From an uncultured Verrucomicrobiae bacterium (GTDB lineage Bacteria > Verrucomicrobiota > Verrucomicrobiia > Chthoniobacterales > Xiphinematobacteraceae), in contig CAVPNI010000001.1 in the NCBI GenBank assembly GCA_963706715.1, forward strand, positions 160,001-224,000: DNA of 64,000 nucleotides, read 5' to 3'. The notes under the pieces are model-generated. The model had not been told where the DNA came from. It saw only the letters and a program-made list of their open reading frames with translations, and ran no database searches. Shown piece by piece: positions 9,989 through 22,000 of the stretch; within the stretch, counting starts at the first letter, position 1; every line of letters begins with the position of its first letter. The position numbers and the translations under genes were made by a program.

Positions 9989-10239
9989 AAATTCGATTAA
10001 AACGGGAAGGGGTACGCAATCACCCTTACTATAAAATTGTGGTAACTGATCAGCGGAGTCCTCGCGACGGTAAATTTATCGAGATCATCGGAACGTATGA
10101 CCCGAAACAGAAGGGGGACAATTTTTCCGTGGAACTGGCACGGGCCGAATATTGGTTGGGTGTAGGTGCTCAGCCCTCGGAAACAGTTCGCAGTATTATC
10201 AATAAGGCTCGGAAACAACAGCCGGCAATGGCCGCTTAA
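9979..10239 (+). CDS. rpsP: 30S ribosomal protein S16
   Basis: MAVKIRLKR...PRDGKFIE..GTYDP...GAQPSETV. Confidence 0.97.
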   Translation: MAVKIRLKREGVRNHPYYKIVVTDQRSPRDGKFIEIIGTYDPKQKGDNFSVELARAEYWLGVGAQPSETVRSIINKARKQQPAMAA

Positions 10240-10321
10240 TAGCGCAGCCGACTTGTTCCGATTCAACCGATCAAGAAATCCTGCGAGGCAGGAAATCTTA
10301 AAGGAAAATATTACTAAGAGC

Positions 10322-10552
10322 GTGGAACACTTTCTGAGATATGTAATTCGCGAATTGGTAGAGTTTCCGGACGAAGTGGCAATCGCCAAAACGGAAGCTC
10401 CACAGAGGATTGTTTTTCAGGTAGCCATGCGAAAGAGCGATTTAGGACGTATTATCGGCCGCGGCGGACATACTGTCGAAGCACTACGAAGACTTCTAAA
10501 TGCCGCAGCAAGTAAACGCGGGCTACGGGCATCGCTCCAAATCCTCGAATAG
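10322..10552 (+). CDS. khpA: KH-domain RNA-binding protein
   Basis: DLGRIIGRGG KH motif, after rpsP; GTG start at 10322 preferred to the ORF start at 10166. Confidence 0.85.
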   Translation: MEHFLRYVIRELVEFPDEVAIAKTEAPQRIVFQVAMRKSDLGRIIGRGGHTVEALRRLLNAAASKRGLRASLQILE

Positions 10553-10574
10553 AATCATTGAAGTGAGTTAGCAA

Positions 10575-11015
10575 ATGGAAATTACCCTTGTTTTATTGAA
10601 GCCGGATTGCATTTCGAACCGGCATATCGGCCATGTTCTCTCTCGTTTTGAAGAGCAAGGCTTTCGGATTTGCGGAATGAAGATCATGCAGCTTGATGCG
10701 TCAGTCCTGCGTGATCATTATTCTCACATTGCAGATCAGCCATTTTTCCCGGAAGTTGTGGCATTTATGCAATCTTCTCCCGTCTTTGCCGTCGCTTTAT
10801 CCGGAGAAAATGTTATCGCAAAGGTACGCGAATTGGCTGGTCCCACAGATTCTCGCAAAGCAGCAAAAGGAACCATCCGAGGGGATCTTGGGAAGAATGT
10901 GATGGCAAACGTCATCCATGCCTCAGATTCTTCCGAGGGCGCTCGTGCGGAACTCAAACGCTTCTTCCGGCCCGAAGAAATTTTTGAAATAAAAATGCCA
11001 TTGGTCGCTGCTTAA
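10575..11015 (+). CDS. ndk: Nucleoside diphosphate kinase
   Basis: LKPD, GTIRGD, NVIHASDS. Confidence 0.96.
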   Translation: MEITLVLLKPDCISNRHIGHVLSRFEEQGFRICGMKIMQLDASVLRDHYSHIADQPFFPEVVAFMQSSPVFAVALSGENVIAKVRELAGPTDSRKAAKGTIRGDLGKNVMANVIHASDSSEGARAELKRFFRPEEIFEIKMPLVAA

Positions 11016-11071
11016 CAGGCTGATCTACAAGTTTTTTAGGGAGTTGCAGTGCATACGACGCCTATTTTCAT

Positions 11072-13021
11072 TCAATGATTTCCAAAAGAAACCATCGAAG
11101 CCTGTCTGACGAAGTCAGCAAACATTGCGTGAATGAGTGGCGCATATTTTTTTGTGATGATGTAGCGTTTCAACTTCAGAGTTTGAGTCAGTTCATCACC
11201 TACTTCAAATGGCTTAGGAACAATGCGCCATGAGACAATGTGTTCAAAAGGCTTGAAATCATTTGTTTCATTAATCAGTTGACGAATTTCCGCATCTATC
11301 AACTGAATAACTCGGCGATTATCTGCCAATTCCTTAAGGCTTCTAGCAATAATTCCCACAGCGGTCAAACCCTCCAAGCTGGGAACAATCAATGCTCCAA
11401 GATGCTTCTCATCTTGCCCTACAATCATACATTGTTCGATGAGGGGAGAACTCAGGAGGCAGGCTTCTAAGGGAAGCGGTTCGACGTTTTCTCCGCTGAG
11501 AAGAACGATCGTATCTTTCGATCTACCAAAAATCTTTAGGCAATCATTAAAGGTCATCATGCCAATATCTCCGGTATTTAACCATCCATCGTGCAATACC
11601 TGGGCTGTGGTGGCCTCATCGCCATAGTAACCTTTCATGACTTGCGGCCCACGAGCATGAATTTCTCCGATACGGCCCCGTCCTTGATCTCGGCGTGAAA
11701 AATCCGGATAGAGAATCTGATTACTTTCCAAATCTACGATTCGAATTTCCGTTTCCGGATAAGGCGAACCCACCGTTCCAATCACCAGATTTTTCCAGGT
11801 ACGAACTGCCAAAACGGGACTGGTCTCAGTAAGGCCATATCCTTCCAGAATGGGAATCCCCGCAAAATTGAAAAACTCATCCACATGGGTTTGAAGAGCT
11901 CCACCTCCGGAAATAGTCCCGCGAAATTTTCCTCCAATCATTGCCCGGATTTTTTTAAGGACCAGCTTATCAAACAAACAGTAGGGCAAAAACCAAATGC
12001 ACCAGCAGAGGCTATGAACGATAGCAAGCCCAACGTTTTCCGGAAGCGTTCTGCCTTTTATATCCAAAGCATTCCCGTGAAAGAAAGATTCCGCCAATTT
12101 AACACGGCGCGCAGCCAGATACGCAAGGTGAAATATGAAACGGCGAAACGGCGATGAGGAGCGCAGTTTCAAAAGGATTCGGCGGTAGAGTCCTTCCCAA
12201 AGCCGCGGAGCCGAACACATCACCGTCGGTCGGACAGTCTTGAGATCCTCCGCTATTGCCCGGAGGGATGTATAATACATCACAACGCCCCAGCTAAGCA
12301 CCACCAGCTCAAAAACTCTTTCATAACTGTGCCAGACCGGCAGGATCGTCAGCGCACGATCGTCAGCTTGAAGATCGAACGGAAGGTCACGAATCTGAGA
12401 TACCGCATTCGCATGTGTCAGTTGCACTCCCTTGGGAAGCCCAGTCGTCCCCGAAGTATAAATGAGTGTAAATAAATCTTCAGGCAGTATCTTGGAAATG
12501 CGCTCTTCCACACGGCAATCGCCTGCTTTTCGCAAAGCGGCTCCCTGAGCAATCAGATCGTGCAAAACATATTTTGCAATTGTTCCGTCTTGCCAGGAGG
12601 AAGCGTCCATAAGAATCACACAACTAGTGGACGGCAGGCAGGAATGAAATTTTTCCCAGACCGCGGCATTTTCAATAAAAACGAAGCGTACGCCTGAGTG
12701 GTTTAAGATATAATTCATTTCCGCTTCCGTACTTTCAATTCCACGTGGCACATTTACCGCTCCGGCGACTTGAATCGCACAATCGGCAAAAATCCATTCC
12801 GGACGGTTACTGGAAATAATCCCAACATGCTCCCGAGCTTGCAAATCAAGCGCAATCAAAGCGGTCGCTAAATTTTTCCCAATTGCGAAAAGTTCCCGAT
12901 AGCTGGTGCTCACATAGTCCCCTCCTTTCTCTCTCGCAGCAATTGCAGGGCGATCCTCGTACCGCTCCGCTGCCTGTTGGTAGAGGCTGGCGATATTTTT
13001 CGGGACGATGCAGTCACGCAT
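11072..13021 (-). CDS. Long-chain fatty-acid--CoA ligase (AMP-binding)
   Basis: YTSGTTGLPKGV, EGYGLTET, TGDIG, GRSKD, LKLKR. Confidence 0.9.
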   Translation of the reverse strand: MRDCIVPKNIASLYQQAAERYEDRPAIAAREKGGDYVSTSYRELFAIGKNLATALIALDLQAREHVGIISSNRPEWIFADCAIQVAGAVNVPRGIESTEAEMNYILNHSGVRFVFIENAAVWEKFHSCLPSTSCVILMDASSWQDGTIAKYVLHDLIAQGAALRKAGDCRVEERISKILPEDLFTLIYTSGTTGLPKGVQLTHANAVSQIRDLPFDLQADDRALTILPVWHSYERVFELVVLSWGVVMYYTSLRAIAEDLKTVRPTVMCSAPRLWEGLYRRILLKLRSSSPFRRFIFHLAYLAARRVKLAESFFHGNALDIKGRTLPENVGLAIVHSLCWCIWFLPYCLFDKLVLKKIRAMIGGKFRGTISGGGALQTHVDEFFNFAGIPILEGYGLTETSPVLAVRTWKNLVIGTVGSPYPETEIRIVDLESNQILYPDFSRRDQGRGRIGEIHARGPQVMKGYYGDEATTAQVLHDGWLNTGDIGMMTFNDCLKIFGRSKDTIVLLSGENVEPLPLEACLLSSPLIEQCMIVGQDEKHLGALIVPSLEGLTAVGIIARSLKELADNRRVIQLIDAEIRQLINETNDFKPFEHIVSWRIVPKPFEVGDELTQTLKLKRYIITKKYAPLIHAMFADFVRQASMVSFGNH

Positions 13022-13212
13022 TCAAGCGTTCTTTTAGCTGAAAACTACTGACGTCAGAAGAAAAAACTATTGACAATTAGATAAATAACGTCAGCAATCG
13101 AAATTGGCTCCGACAATATACCCATCGCCATTGAAGATACCAACGACTTGATCTCTCGTATCAACGACAATTCCCATGCCATTCAGAGGGTTTCTTCATG
13201 TTGAATTGGTAT

Positions 13213-13537
13213 ATTTGTCAGGGTGTAGTTGATCGGACTGACCAGTAGATACTGGCAATATTCTTCGAGGCTTGTCCCTTTCTTCATCTTTGCTTCTCTA
13301 AGATTCTCTCTCCGCTTTTTAGGGGACTCTTTTTGTAGTATTTGTTACCCGTTCTCTTTTGCGTAAGTCCTACTCTGTTGAATCCCTCTACTTTTATCCA
13401 TCGATTCGCTTGTTTTTCGGTAACTCCAAAATTATAAATTCCTGATTTTTAGGAAAATGACGTTTTTCTGTTTTCCCGCAAAACTTTTTGCCTCTGGATC
13501 GGCTTCATTGCCGCTTCTACGGTTTCCGGACAGGCTC
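13213..13537 (-). mobile_element. IS701-family left-end remnant with degenerate transposase start
   Basis: Minus strand begins GAGCCTGTCCGGAAA, homologous to the 35675 MITE; downstream frame reads EEYCQYLLVSPINYTLTN, resembling IS701-family N-termini. Confidence 0.65.
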
Positions 13538-13576
13538 TAGGTAGAATTAACACTCTTGTGCCACTTCGACGAATTA

Positions 13577-13819
13577 TAGCAAGGCCCGTATAAAATGATC
13601 ATGGATTTGACTGAAATTTTGGCTCCAGGCAAGACGCAAAAAAGAGGCCATATCTGTAGATACGGACTATTTTTTGCAACAAAGCTTGGAGGCAACACCT
13701 GGCCGTGGGAACGGCCGGGGTAGACTTGCCGAAGGCAAGCCCCGAAGGGGCGAGACTCAGCGGGGCTGAGTGAGTCAAAAGGGCGGCAAAGGCGTAATCA
13801 TTTTATACGGGCTTTGCTA
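13577..13819. mobile_element. MITE, IS630-related, 243-bp long form
   Basis: TIR TAGCAA(G/A)GCCCGTATAAAATGAT with TA on both sides; reverse complement of 57454-57696. Confidence 0.95.
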
Positions 13820-14153
13820 TAAGTGGGTGAGCGCCAGGGAAGCCATGAGCCACACGGGTGAGAATCCCGTCGGTCGAATTAAACGGTTCACGACCGAAAG
13901 AGATGTCCGGAAAGAGGCTGTGAGGCCGAATCTGCAAGCGGGACATCAACTGAACCAACAGGCCATAACGAAAGTGAACTCCATCAAATGAGCATTGAAA
14001 ATTTAAGAACCAGAAAGGCGAGCTGCTACCCACACAGTGAAGCCTGCAAGGGACAGGACGAACAACCGTCGCCGACTGACCAACATTCTGGCGGTGCCTG
14101 CGGAGATAGCATGTTGGAAAGGGTGAATGGGATAACCTGGGAGACCTGTAAGC

Positions 14154-14732
14154 GTGAGGAACAATAATAAAGACCTCAACTGGCGGAACAACGTAGCAAA
14201 AAGCGGAGGCCGACAGGCGCAGACAGGAGTCGGAGCCCCGAATAGTAGCAAGGAAGCGCCTATAATGGGTGTGGAGCCAAGGCGGGGCAGTTGTGCTGAA
14301 GCCAACCAAGCAGAAAGAGAAGAGGGCGATGGCCCGCAAGGGATAACAACGCCTACCGTCCCAGAAAGGGACGGAGGACTTCGGAAATTGCAAAAGACGC
14401 TATATCGGCAAGCCAAGAGCAAAAAGAACTGGAGAGCATGGAGCCTGTATGGGGACGTATGCCGCAAAGAAATACTGGAGGCAGCGTTCTGGCAGGTAAA
14501 GGCCAACGGAGGAGCATGTGGGGTAGATGGGGAGGACATAGGCTACCTAGCAGAAGAGGAAGAGAGGCGAGAGCGATGGCTGTTGCAACTCGAAGAAGAA
14601 CTGCGAGAAAAAACCTACAGTCCAAGACCGGTACTCCGTGTGTATATCCCAAAGGCAGATGGGAAGAAAAGACCGCTTGGAATACCAACGGTAAGAGATC
14701 GAGTAGTGCAGACAGCAGTAGTCATGTTGTAA
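14154..14732 (+). pseudogene. ltrA: Group II intron reverse transcriptase, N-terminal fragment (RT0-2)
   Basis: ANGGACGVDG, YSPRPVLRVYIPKADGKKRPLGIPTVRDRVVQ; cut by IS1 sequence; true start uncertain. Confidence 0.9.
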
Positions 14733-15216
14733 AGGTTGCAGCATCACGATTGCCGACAACTAGAGGCAACAGTTCTCCCTGTGCTACGATCCAAGGCCTT
14801 GATGATCCACTTTTTGTTTTTTTTGACCCACAAAATGCCACATCTCATCAAATTCCATTTCCTTGATATCACCTGATACTTTTGGGTCTGGCAAGGCACT
14901 CATTTCTTTTCGAACCCATCGGTAAATTAAAGCCGGAGAATGGCCAAAAATCTTTCCTAACATGTTAAAAGAGGCTTTCCCCAAGCTATACAAAAGGACA
15001 CAAAGCGCCTTTTTAGCCGCAATTTTAGAATTCGTACGCTTATCTTGTGGGATAAAATTCAGCCCGCATTCTTTGCATTTATAGCGCTGATGTCCTCGCA
15101 CTTTTCCGTTTTTGACTATGCTTTTCCCCTCACATTTTTTACACTTCATTGTTTCTTTTAATTTACTTGAGGGGAATACCTTCTGTCTCAAATATCTATC
15201 CGTATGTCAATACTCT
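14730..15216 (-). mobile_element. IS1-family transposase fragment
   Basis: CKKC..GKVRGHQRYKCKEC zinc finger, HTH, EFDEMWHF, A-run, then WIIKALDRST / VGNRDAATF in shifted frames. Confidence 0.85.
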
Positions 15217-15229
15217 CTGAATAGTTACA

Positions 15230-15616
15230 GAATTTCTAGGATTCCAGATGCAACAGAGGAAGGCTCCAAGTGGGAAATACTATCCTCATACGCAACCCGG
15301 TCCCAAGAGCTGTGAAAAACTACGCGAGGCTATCAGAAAAGAAACAGCATACAGCACCCAGTGGAAGAAACCCGAAAAAGTCTTCGGAAAAGTCAACCAA
15401 AAGGTAAGGGGCTGGATTGGCTACTTTCACTATGCGAACAGTACACAGGTGTTTAATGACATGCAAAGATTCACGCAAGAGAGGATGAGGCGCTGGCTAT
15501 GGAAGAAACATGGAAAAACAAATAGCCAATACAGCCAACACTACTGCAACGAAAAGCTGCACAATGACTACGGACTCATTAAATTTCCCCTATATGCCAC
15601 CTGGAAAAGCTCATGA
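15230..15616 (+). pseudogene. Group II intron RT domain 7 plus maturase X domain fragment
   Basis: EFLGF followed by VNQKVRGWIGYF...RMRRWLWKKH; immediately precedes domain V. Confidence 0.88.
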
Positions 15617-15641
15617 AGCAAACCGAAGAACAGCCTCCGAG

Positions 15642-15672
<31 letters not shown>

Positions 15673-16037
15673 CGATGAGGGGGAACTGCCAGGCGGTCAT
15701 TGGCTCCAAGCCTCTCAATCCGTCGTCAGTTCCCTACTCCACAATTACAAGCTTAGCTACACGGATACTCCGCAATGACACCGCTCGGAAATTGAAGCTA
15801 GCGTAGTTCGAGCCCCGGTTTTTAACAAACCGAAATTTCATAGTCAGGGCAAAAAGAAGATCGCTTCTCATTTGGCGATTCAAAACAAGATCTCTTTTTT
15901 TTGAGATTGCCGAGACATCTCCGTGGGGAATTTATTATTTGCTTAGTTTGTATATATATGATTAATAATTAGTTACTTATATACCTACCCTAGGAAATCT
16001 CGAAGAGATCTCTTTGGCGTGCCAATAACCCCAGGTA

Positions 16038-19000
16038 GTGAAGAGTCCCCCCCACTCTCTCCAGTGTCTTGTCGCCATTGTGGTTTTAATCACAATGTTG
16101 ACAGAGAACGTTCAGGCCCAAGCCACAAATTGGACCACATCTGGAACAGGCGATTGGAACGTTTCGGGGAATTGGAGTACTGGAGTGCCTACAGCTTCTA
16201 GTGCAGCGACCATTGCTTCTGGGGGCACAGCGATCCTCAGTTCGGCAACAGGAGTGTACAACACTCTCACCGTCGGTAACGTGACGAATGGTAACCTAAT
16301 AGTATCCGGCGGAGCTTTGACTGGCACCACATTGACCATTGGTTCGCTTGGAACGGGAGCAGTGACAGTCTCCGGAGGCACCTACAGTACCACTACCGTT
16401 ACCATTAACTCTACTATTGTATTTACAGGCGCTGCTACACTAAGCGGAGGAGTACTCTCCACAACTTCCGTTACCGCCGCACCTTTAGTAGGAGCCACCA
16501 CACTCACTTTTAATGGAGGCACCCTACAGGCAAGTGCTAGCAATGCGACATTCATCACCGGATTTCCAAATGGTTCAATCACCTTGGGAGCCTCTGGCGG
16601 TTCCATCGACACCAATGGCTTCTCAATTGCTACCGCAAACCAGATCAGCGGTAGCGGTTTGTTGACTACAACAGGCACGGGTATTTTAACCCTTACCGCT
16701 AACAATACCTATACCGGTAATACTACCATCAACTCAGGGACATTGCAGTTAGGGAATAACACCACTACCGGCTCCATCCTGAACAACGTGACAGACAATG
16801 GAGTACTTGTTTTTGACCACTCGAATGCCGTCACCTTTACCGGTACCATATCGGGCACCGGAGGAGTCACTCAATCGGGGACTTCCCTCCTCACCTTCAC
16901 CGCCAACAACACCTATAGCGGTACTACCACCATTAGCACGGGAACACTGCAACTCGGCAATGCAGGAACCACCGGCTCCATCGGAACGGGTAATGTGGCG
17001 GATAGCTCCGCCCTTGTTTTCAACCGAACAGATGCTGGCGGCGGCGTGTCAGGTGTTATTTCAGGAACAGGAACAGTGATTCAAGCAGGGACTGGCCTCA
17101 CATCACTTACAGGAAACAACATCTATACCGGCACCACTACAATTAGCACCGGCACCTTGCAACTAGGCAATGGGGGTGCCAGCGGCTCCATCGTCAGCAA
17201 TGTAACAGATAGTTCAGTATTGGTTTTTAATCGATCGGATGCTGGCGGCGTATATTCGGGTATTATATCTGGAACCGGAGCCGTAATCCAATCGGGCAGC
17301 GGCCTGACAACCCTCACAGGAAACAACACCTACACAGGCAGCACCACGATCAGCTCGGGTACTCTGCAAATAGGCAATGGAGGAACCATAGGGTCTATCG
17401 TGACAACGGCAATAGCAGACAATGGAGCCCTCGTCTATGATCGCTCAGATGCGATCACCTTTTCCGGAACCATTTCAGGCGTGGGTTCACTCACCCAAGC
17501 GGGAACAGGACTTCTGACCCTTACCGGAACTAATACCTACACTGGTAATACCACGATTAGCTCAGGGACTGTGCAACTCGGCAACGGAGGAACCACGGGC
17601 TCCATCGTTGGCAATGTGGCAGACAGTGGAACTCTTATTTTTAACCGTTCGGATGCCATCACCTTTACCGGCACCATATCGGGAACCGGAGCAGTAACCC
17701 AATCGGGAACCAATAGCCTGATATTTACTGGTAACAACACCTACACTGGTGCTACAACTATTGGCACTTCGGGCACTCTGCAGCTTGGCAATGGGGGTAC
17801 CACCGGCTCCATTGCAAGCAATTTGGGAGCAGTTAACGGATCTCTGGTTTTTAACCGTTCGGATGCCGGCCTTGTAATACCAACTTCTTTTATTTTGGGA
17901 TCGGGAACGGTGATCCAAGCTGGCACGGGTCTTACGACACTCACTGGCACCAATGCCTACACTGGTCTCACCACCATTAGTTCGGGCACTTTGCAATTAG
18001 GCAATGGAGGAACCACTGGCGCCATCACACTCAGCAACATAGCAGACAGCTCCGCGTTAGTCTTTAACCGTTCGGATAGCAGCACCTTTTCTGGCACTAT
18101 TTCGGGAACTGGAGGGGTGATTCAAGCAGGGACAGGTGTCACGATTTTAACGGGCGCCAATACCTACAGTGGCACTACTACCATCAGCTCAGGAACTTTG
18201 CAATTAGGCAGTGGTGGTGCATTGGGCACCATCTCGAATAGTGATGTGACAGACAATGGAGTCCTTGTTTTTGACCACTCGAATAGCATTGTCTATGCAG
18301 GTAATATCTCGGGAACTGGTTCACTCACTCAGGGGGGAACAGGCCGAGTGATACTCAATGGCACCAACACCTATACCGGAGGCACCACAATTAGTTCAGG
18401 AACTTTGCAGATTGGCAATGGAGGTACAGGAGGCTCCCTCGTGGGCAATGTGACAAATAATGGAGTTCTTGCTTTTAACCATTCAAATGCTAACACCTTT
18501 TCCGGTGCTGTTTCAGGAACCGGATCGTTGCTCCAATCAGGAGTTGGAGCAACGACATTTACCGGAAGTAACTCCTATACCGGGGGTACTACAATCAGCA
18601 CGGGAAATCTGCTATTGGGCGCCGGTGGCACAACAGGTTCTATCGTAGGCAACGTAGTAGACAATGGGATCCTTACCTTTGATCGCTCAAATGCGGTCAC
18701 CTTTTCCGGGACCGTTTCCGGAACCGGGGCAGTTAACCAAACAGGAAGCGGCCAAACAACGCTTACTGGAAACAACACTTATACTGGAAACACCCTAATC
18801 TTCTCGGGAACTCTGCAGCTAGGAAATGGAGGTACCACCGGCTCCATCGTGGGGAGTGTGGGAGACGGAACAGCCTTGGTATTCAACCGCTCGGATGCGG
18901 TTACCTTTTCCGACAGCATTTTTGGAGCTGGGGCAGTTACCCAAGCAGGAAGCGGAATAACGATACTCACCGGCAGTAATACTTATGCCGCAGGCACCAC

Positions 19001-22000
19001 GATCAGTAGTGGCACGCTACAATTAGGAAATGGAGGCACCACCGGCTCCATCCTAAATAATGTAGTAGACAATGGGGCCTTGGTCTTTAACCGCTCAGAT
19101 GCAGTCACATTCTCCGGCACTGTGTCGGGAGCTGGTTCAGTGACTCAAGCAGGAACCGGTCAAACAATACTTACAGGCAACAATACCTACACCGGAGTCA
19201 CTACGATTAGTACAGGAACATTGCAACTAGGCAGTGGAGGCACCACTGGCTCCATTGGAACAGGCAATGCGGTTGATAACTCCGTTCTTGTCTTCAACCG
19301 CTCAGATGCCGTTACCTTTAGCGGTACTATTTCCGGAACTGGAGCGATGATCCAATCAGGAACTAACCTCCTGACGTTTACTGGAAACAATACATACACA
19401 GGCACTACAACCATTAGTAACACTGGCACTTTACAACTGGGCAATGGAGCCACAACCGGTTCGATTGTGAGCGATGTGACAAACAACGGAACCCTGATTT
19501 TCAACCGCTCGGATGCAGTTACCTTTTCCGGAACGGTTTCCGGGACAGGTTCTTTGACTCAAGCGGGAACTGGCCAAACCACTCTCACTGCAAATAGTAC
19601 CTACACTGGCAGTACTACAATCAGCTCAGGAACACTCCAATTGGGCAATGGGGGCACCACTGGATCCATTGTAACAACCAGTGTAGTGGATAACGGAACT
19701 TTGATCTTTAACCGTTCGGATACCGTTACCTTTTCCAGCACCGTTTCAGGGACCGGTTCACTAACTCAAGCAGGAAGTGGAGTGGCAATACTGACCGGAA
19801 ATAATACCTACACTGGGGCTACCACAATTAGTTCTGGAACAATGCAATTAGGCAATGGAGGAACCGCCGGTTCTATTGTGACAAACGTGACAGACAATGG
19901 AACTTTAGTCTTTAACCGCTCCGATGCCGTTACCTTTACCGGCACTATTTCCGGAGCCGGACCGGTCACTCAAGCAGGAAGCAATCTGCTAACGTTTACT
20001 AGTAACAATGCCTACACGGGAGTTACAACGATTAGCACAGGAACATTGCAGCTAGGTAACGGAGGCACCACCGGCTCCATTGGAACAAGCAATGTGGTCG
20101 ATAGCTCCGTCCTCGTCTTCAACCGCTCTGATGCTGTTACCTTTACCGGTACTATTTCCGGAACTGGAACAGTGACCCAAACGGGAAACGGAGCAACAAT
20201 TCTAACGGGTAACAACACCTACACTGGAAACACCACGATTAGCTCAGGAACACTCCAACTGGGCAATGGAGGCACCACTGGTTCCATTGTAACAACCAGT
20301 ATAGTGGATAATGGAGCCCTGGTTTTTAACCGATCGGATGCCGTGACATTTTCCGGAACGGTTTCCGGAACAGGTTCTTTGACTCAAGCGGGAATTGGCC
20401 AAACGACACTCACTGGCAACAACACTTATACTGGTGCTACTACCATTAGCTCAGGAACATTGCAGCTCGGGAATGGAGGAACTACCGGCTCTGTTGTAGC
20501 AAGCAGTATAGTGGACAATGGGGCTTTGGTCTTTAATCGTTCGGATGCCGTCACATTTTTCGGGACTGTATCCGGAACCGGATCGCTTGCCCAAACAGGA
20601 AGTGGACAAACGACGCTGACTGGAAACAACACCTATACTGGAGTTACCACGATCAGCTCCGGAACACTGCAATTAGGCAATGGAGGCACTACTGGTTCCA
20701 TCGTAGGCAACGTCACAGACAATGGAACTTTAGCCTTTAACCGTTCAGATGCAGTCACCTTTAGCGGAACCATTTCCGGAAGTGGGCCGGCAACCCAAGC
20801 TGGAACCAATCTGCTAACATTTACTGGAAACAACACTTACACCGGAGTCACTACGATTAGCTCTGGCACTCTGCAGTTAGGCAGTGGAGGCACCACGGGC
20901 GCCATCGCAGGCAACGCGGTAGATAATTCAGCCCTTATATTTAACCGCTCAGATGCAGTCACGTATACTGGAACCATTTCTGGAACCGGAGGAGTAATTC
21001 AATCAGGGACTAACCTCCTGACGTTTACCGGAAATAATACATACACAGGCACTACTACTATTAGTACCGGAACTTTACAGCTTGGCAATGGAGGCACAAG
21101 TGGCGCCATTGCCGGAGATGTAGCGGACAATGGAGTCTTGATCTTCAACCGTTCAAATACGGTTACATTTTCTGGCGTCGCGTCAGGAGCGGGGAACGTC
21201 ACCCAAGCGGGAACCGGAGCAACGATCTTTACTGGAAATAACACCTATACAGGCTCTACAACAATTAGTTCTGGGACACTACAACTGGGCAATGGAGGAA
21301 CTATCGGCTCAATCGCCACAACTCTTATAGAGGATGATGGAGCCCTGGTATTTAACCGATCGGATGCGATCACATTTACCGGAACTATTCAAGGGGCAGG
21401 ATCTCTGACTCAGGCAGGCAGTGGTACCACGATCTTAACTGGTAACAATATTTATACCGGGAGTACCAGCATCAGTTCCGGGAATTTGCAGTTAGGCAAT
21501 GGAGGAACCACCGGTGCCATCGTAGGCAACGTGACAGACAACGGAGCTTTGACCTTTAACCGCACAGATGCAGTTACCTTTAGCGGAACCGTTGCGGGAA
21601 CTGGCAATGTTATCCAAGCGGGACCCGGAGTAACAATCCTAACAGCTAATAATACCTACAGCGGTACTACGACCATTAGCTCCGGAACACTGCAAATAGG
21701 CAGTGGGGGAACCGCTGGCGCCATTATCGGCCCCATAGTGGACAATGCGGATCTGGTTTTTAACCATTCGGATGTCGTCACCTCCCCCGGAGACATTACT
21801 GGAACAGGGAACGTCACCCAAGCGGGAATTGGCAATCTCATATTTACCGGCAGCAACATGTATACGGGGACCACCACCATTAGCTCGGGCACACTGTCAT
21901 TGGGTAGTGGAGGAACTACTGGTTCAATCGTGAGTCAGGTCGTAGACAACTCCGTGCTGGTCTTCAATCGTTCGGATGCAAATAACATCGTGCCCAATGT

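Noticed and set aside
13770..14539. ORFs 13770-13991, 13803-14393 and 14003-14539
   Set aside because: They lie in MITE or intron RNA sequence, or antisense to the RT; no protein-like features.
14154..15616. Retron, DGR or defence-type reverse transcriptase
   Set aside because: RT0 and X domains plus DV/DVI RNA identify a group II intron; the catalytic region is deleted; no TR/VR pair with adenine-specific differences seen.
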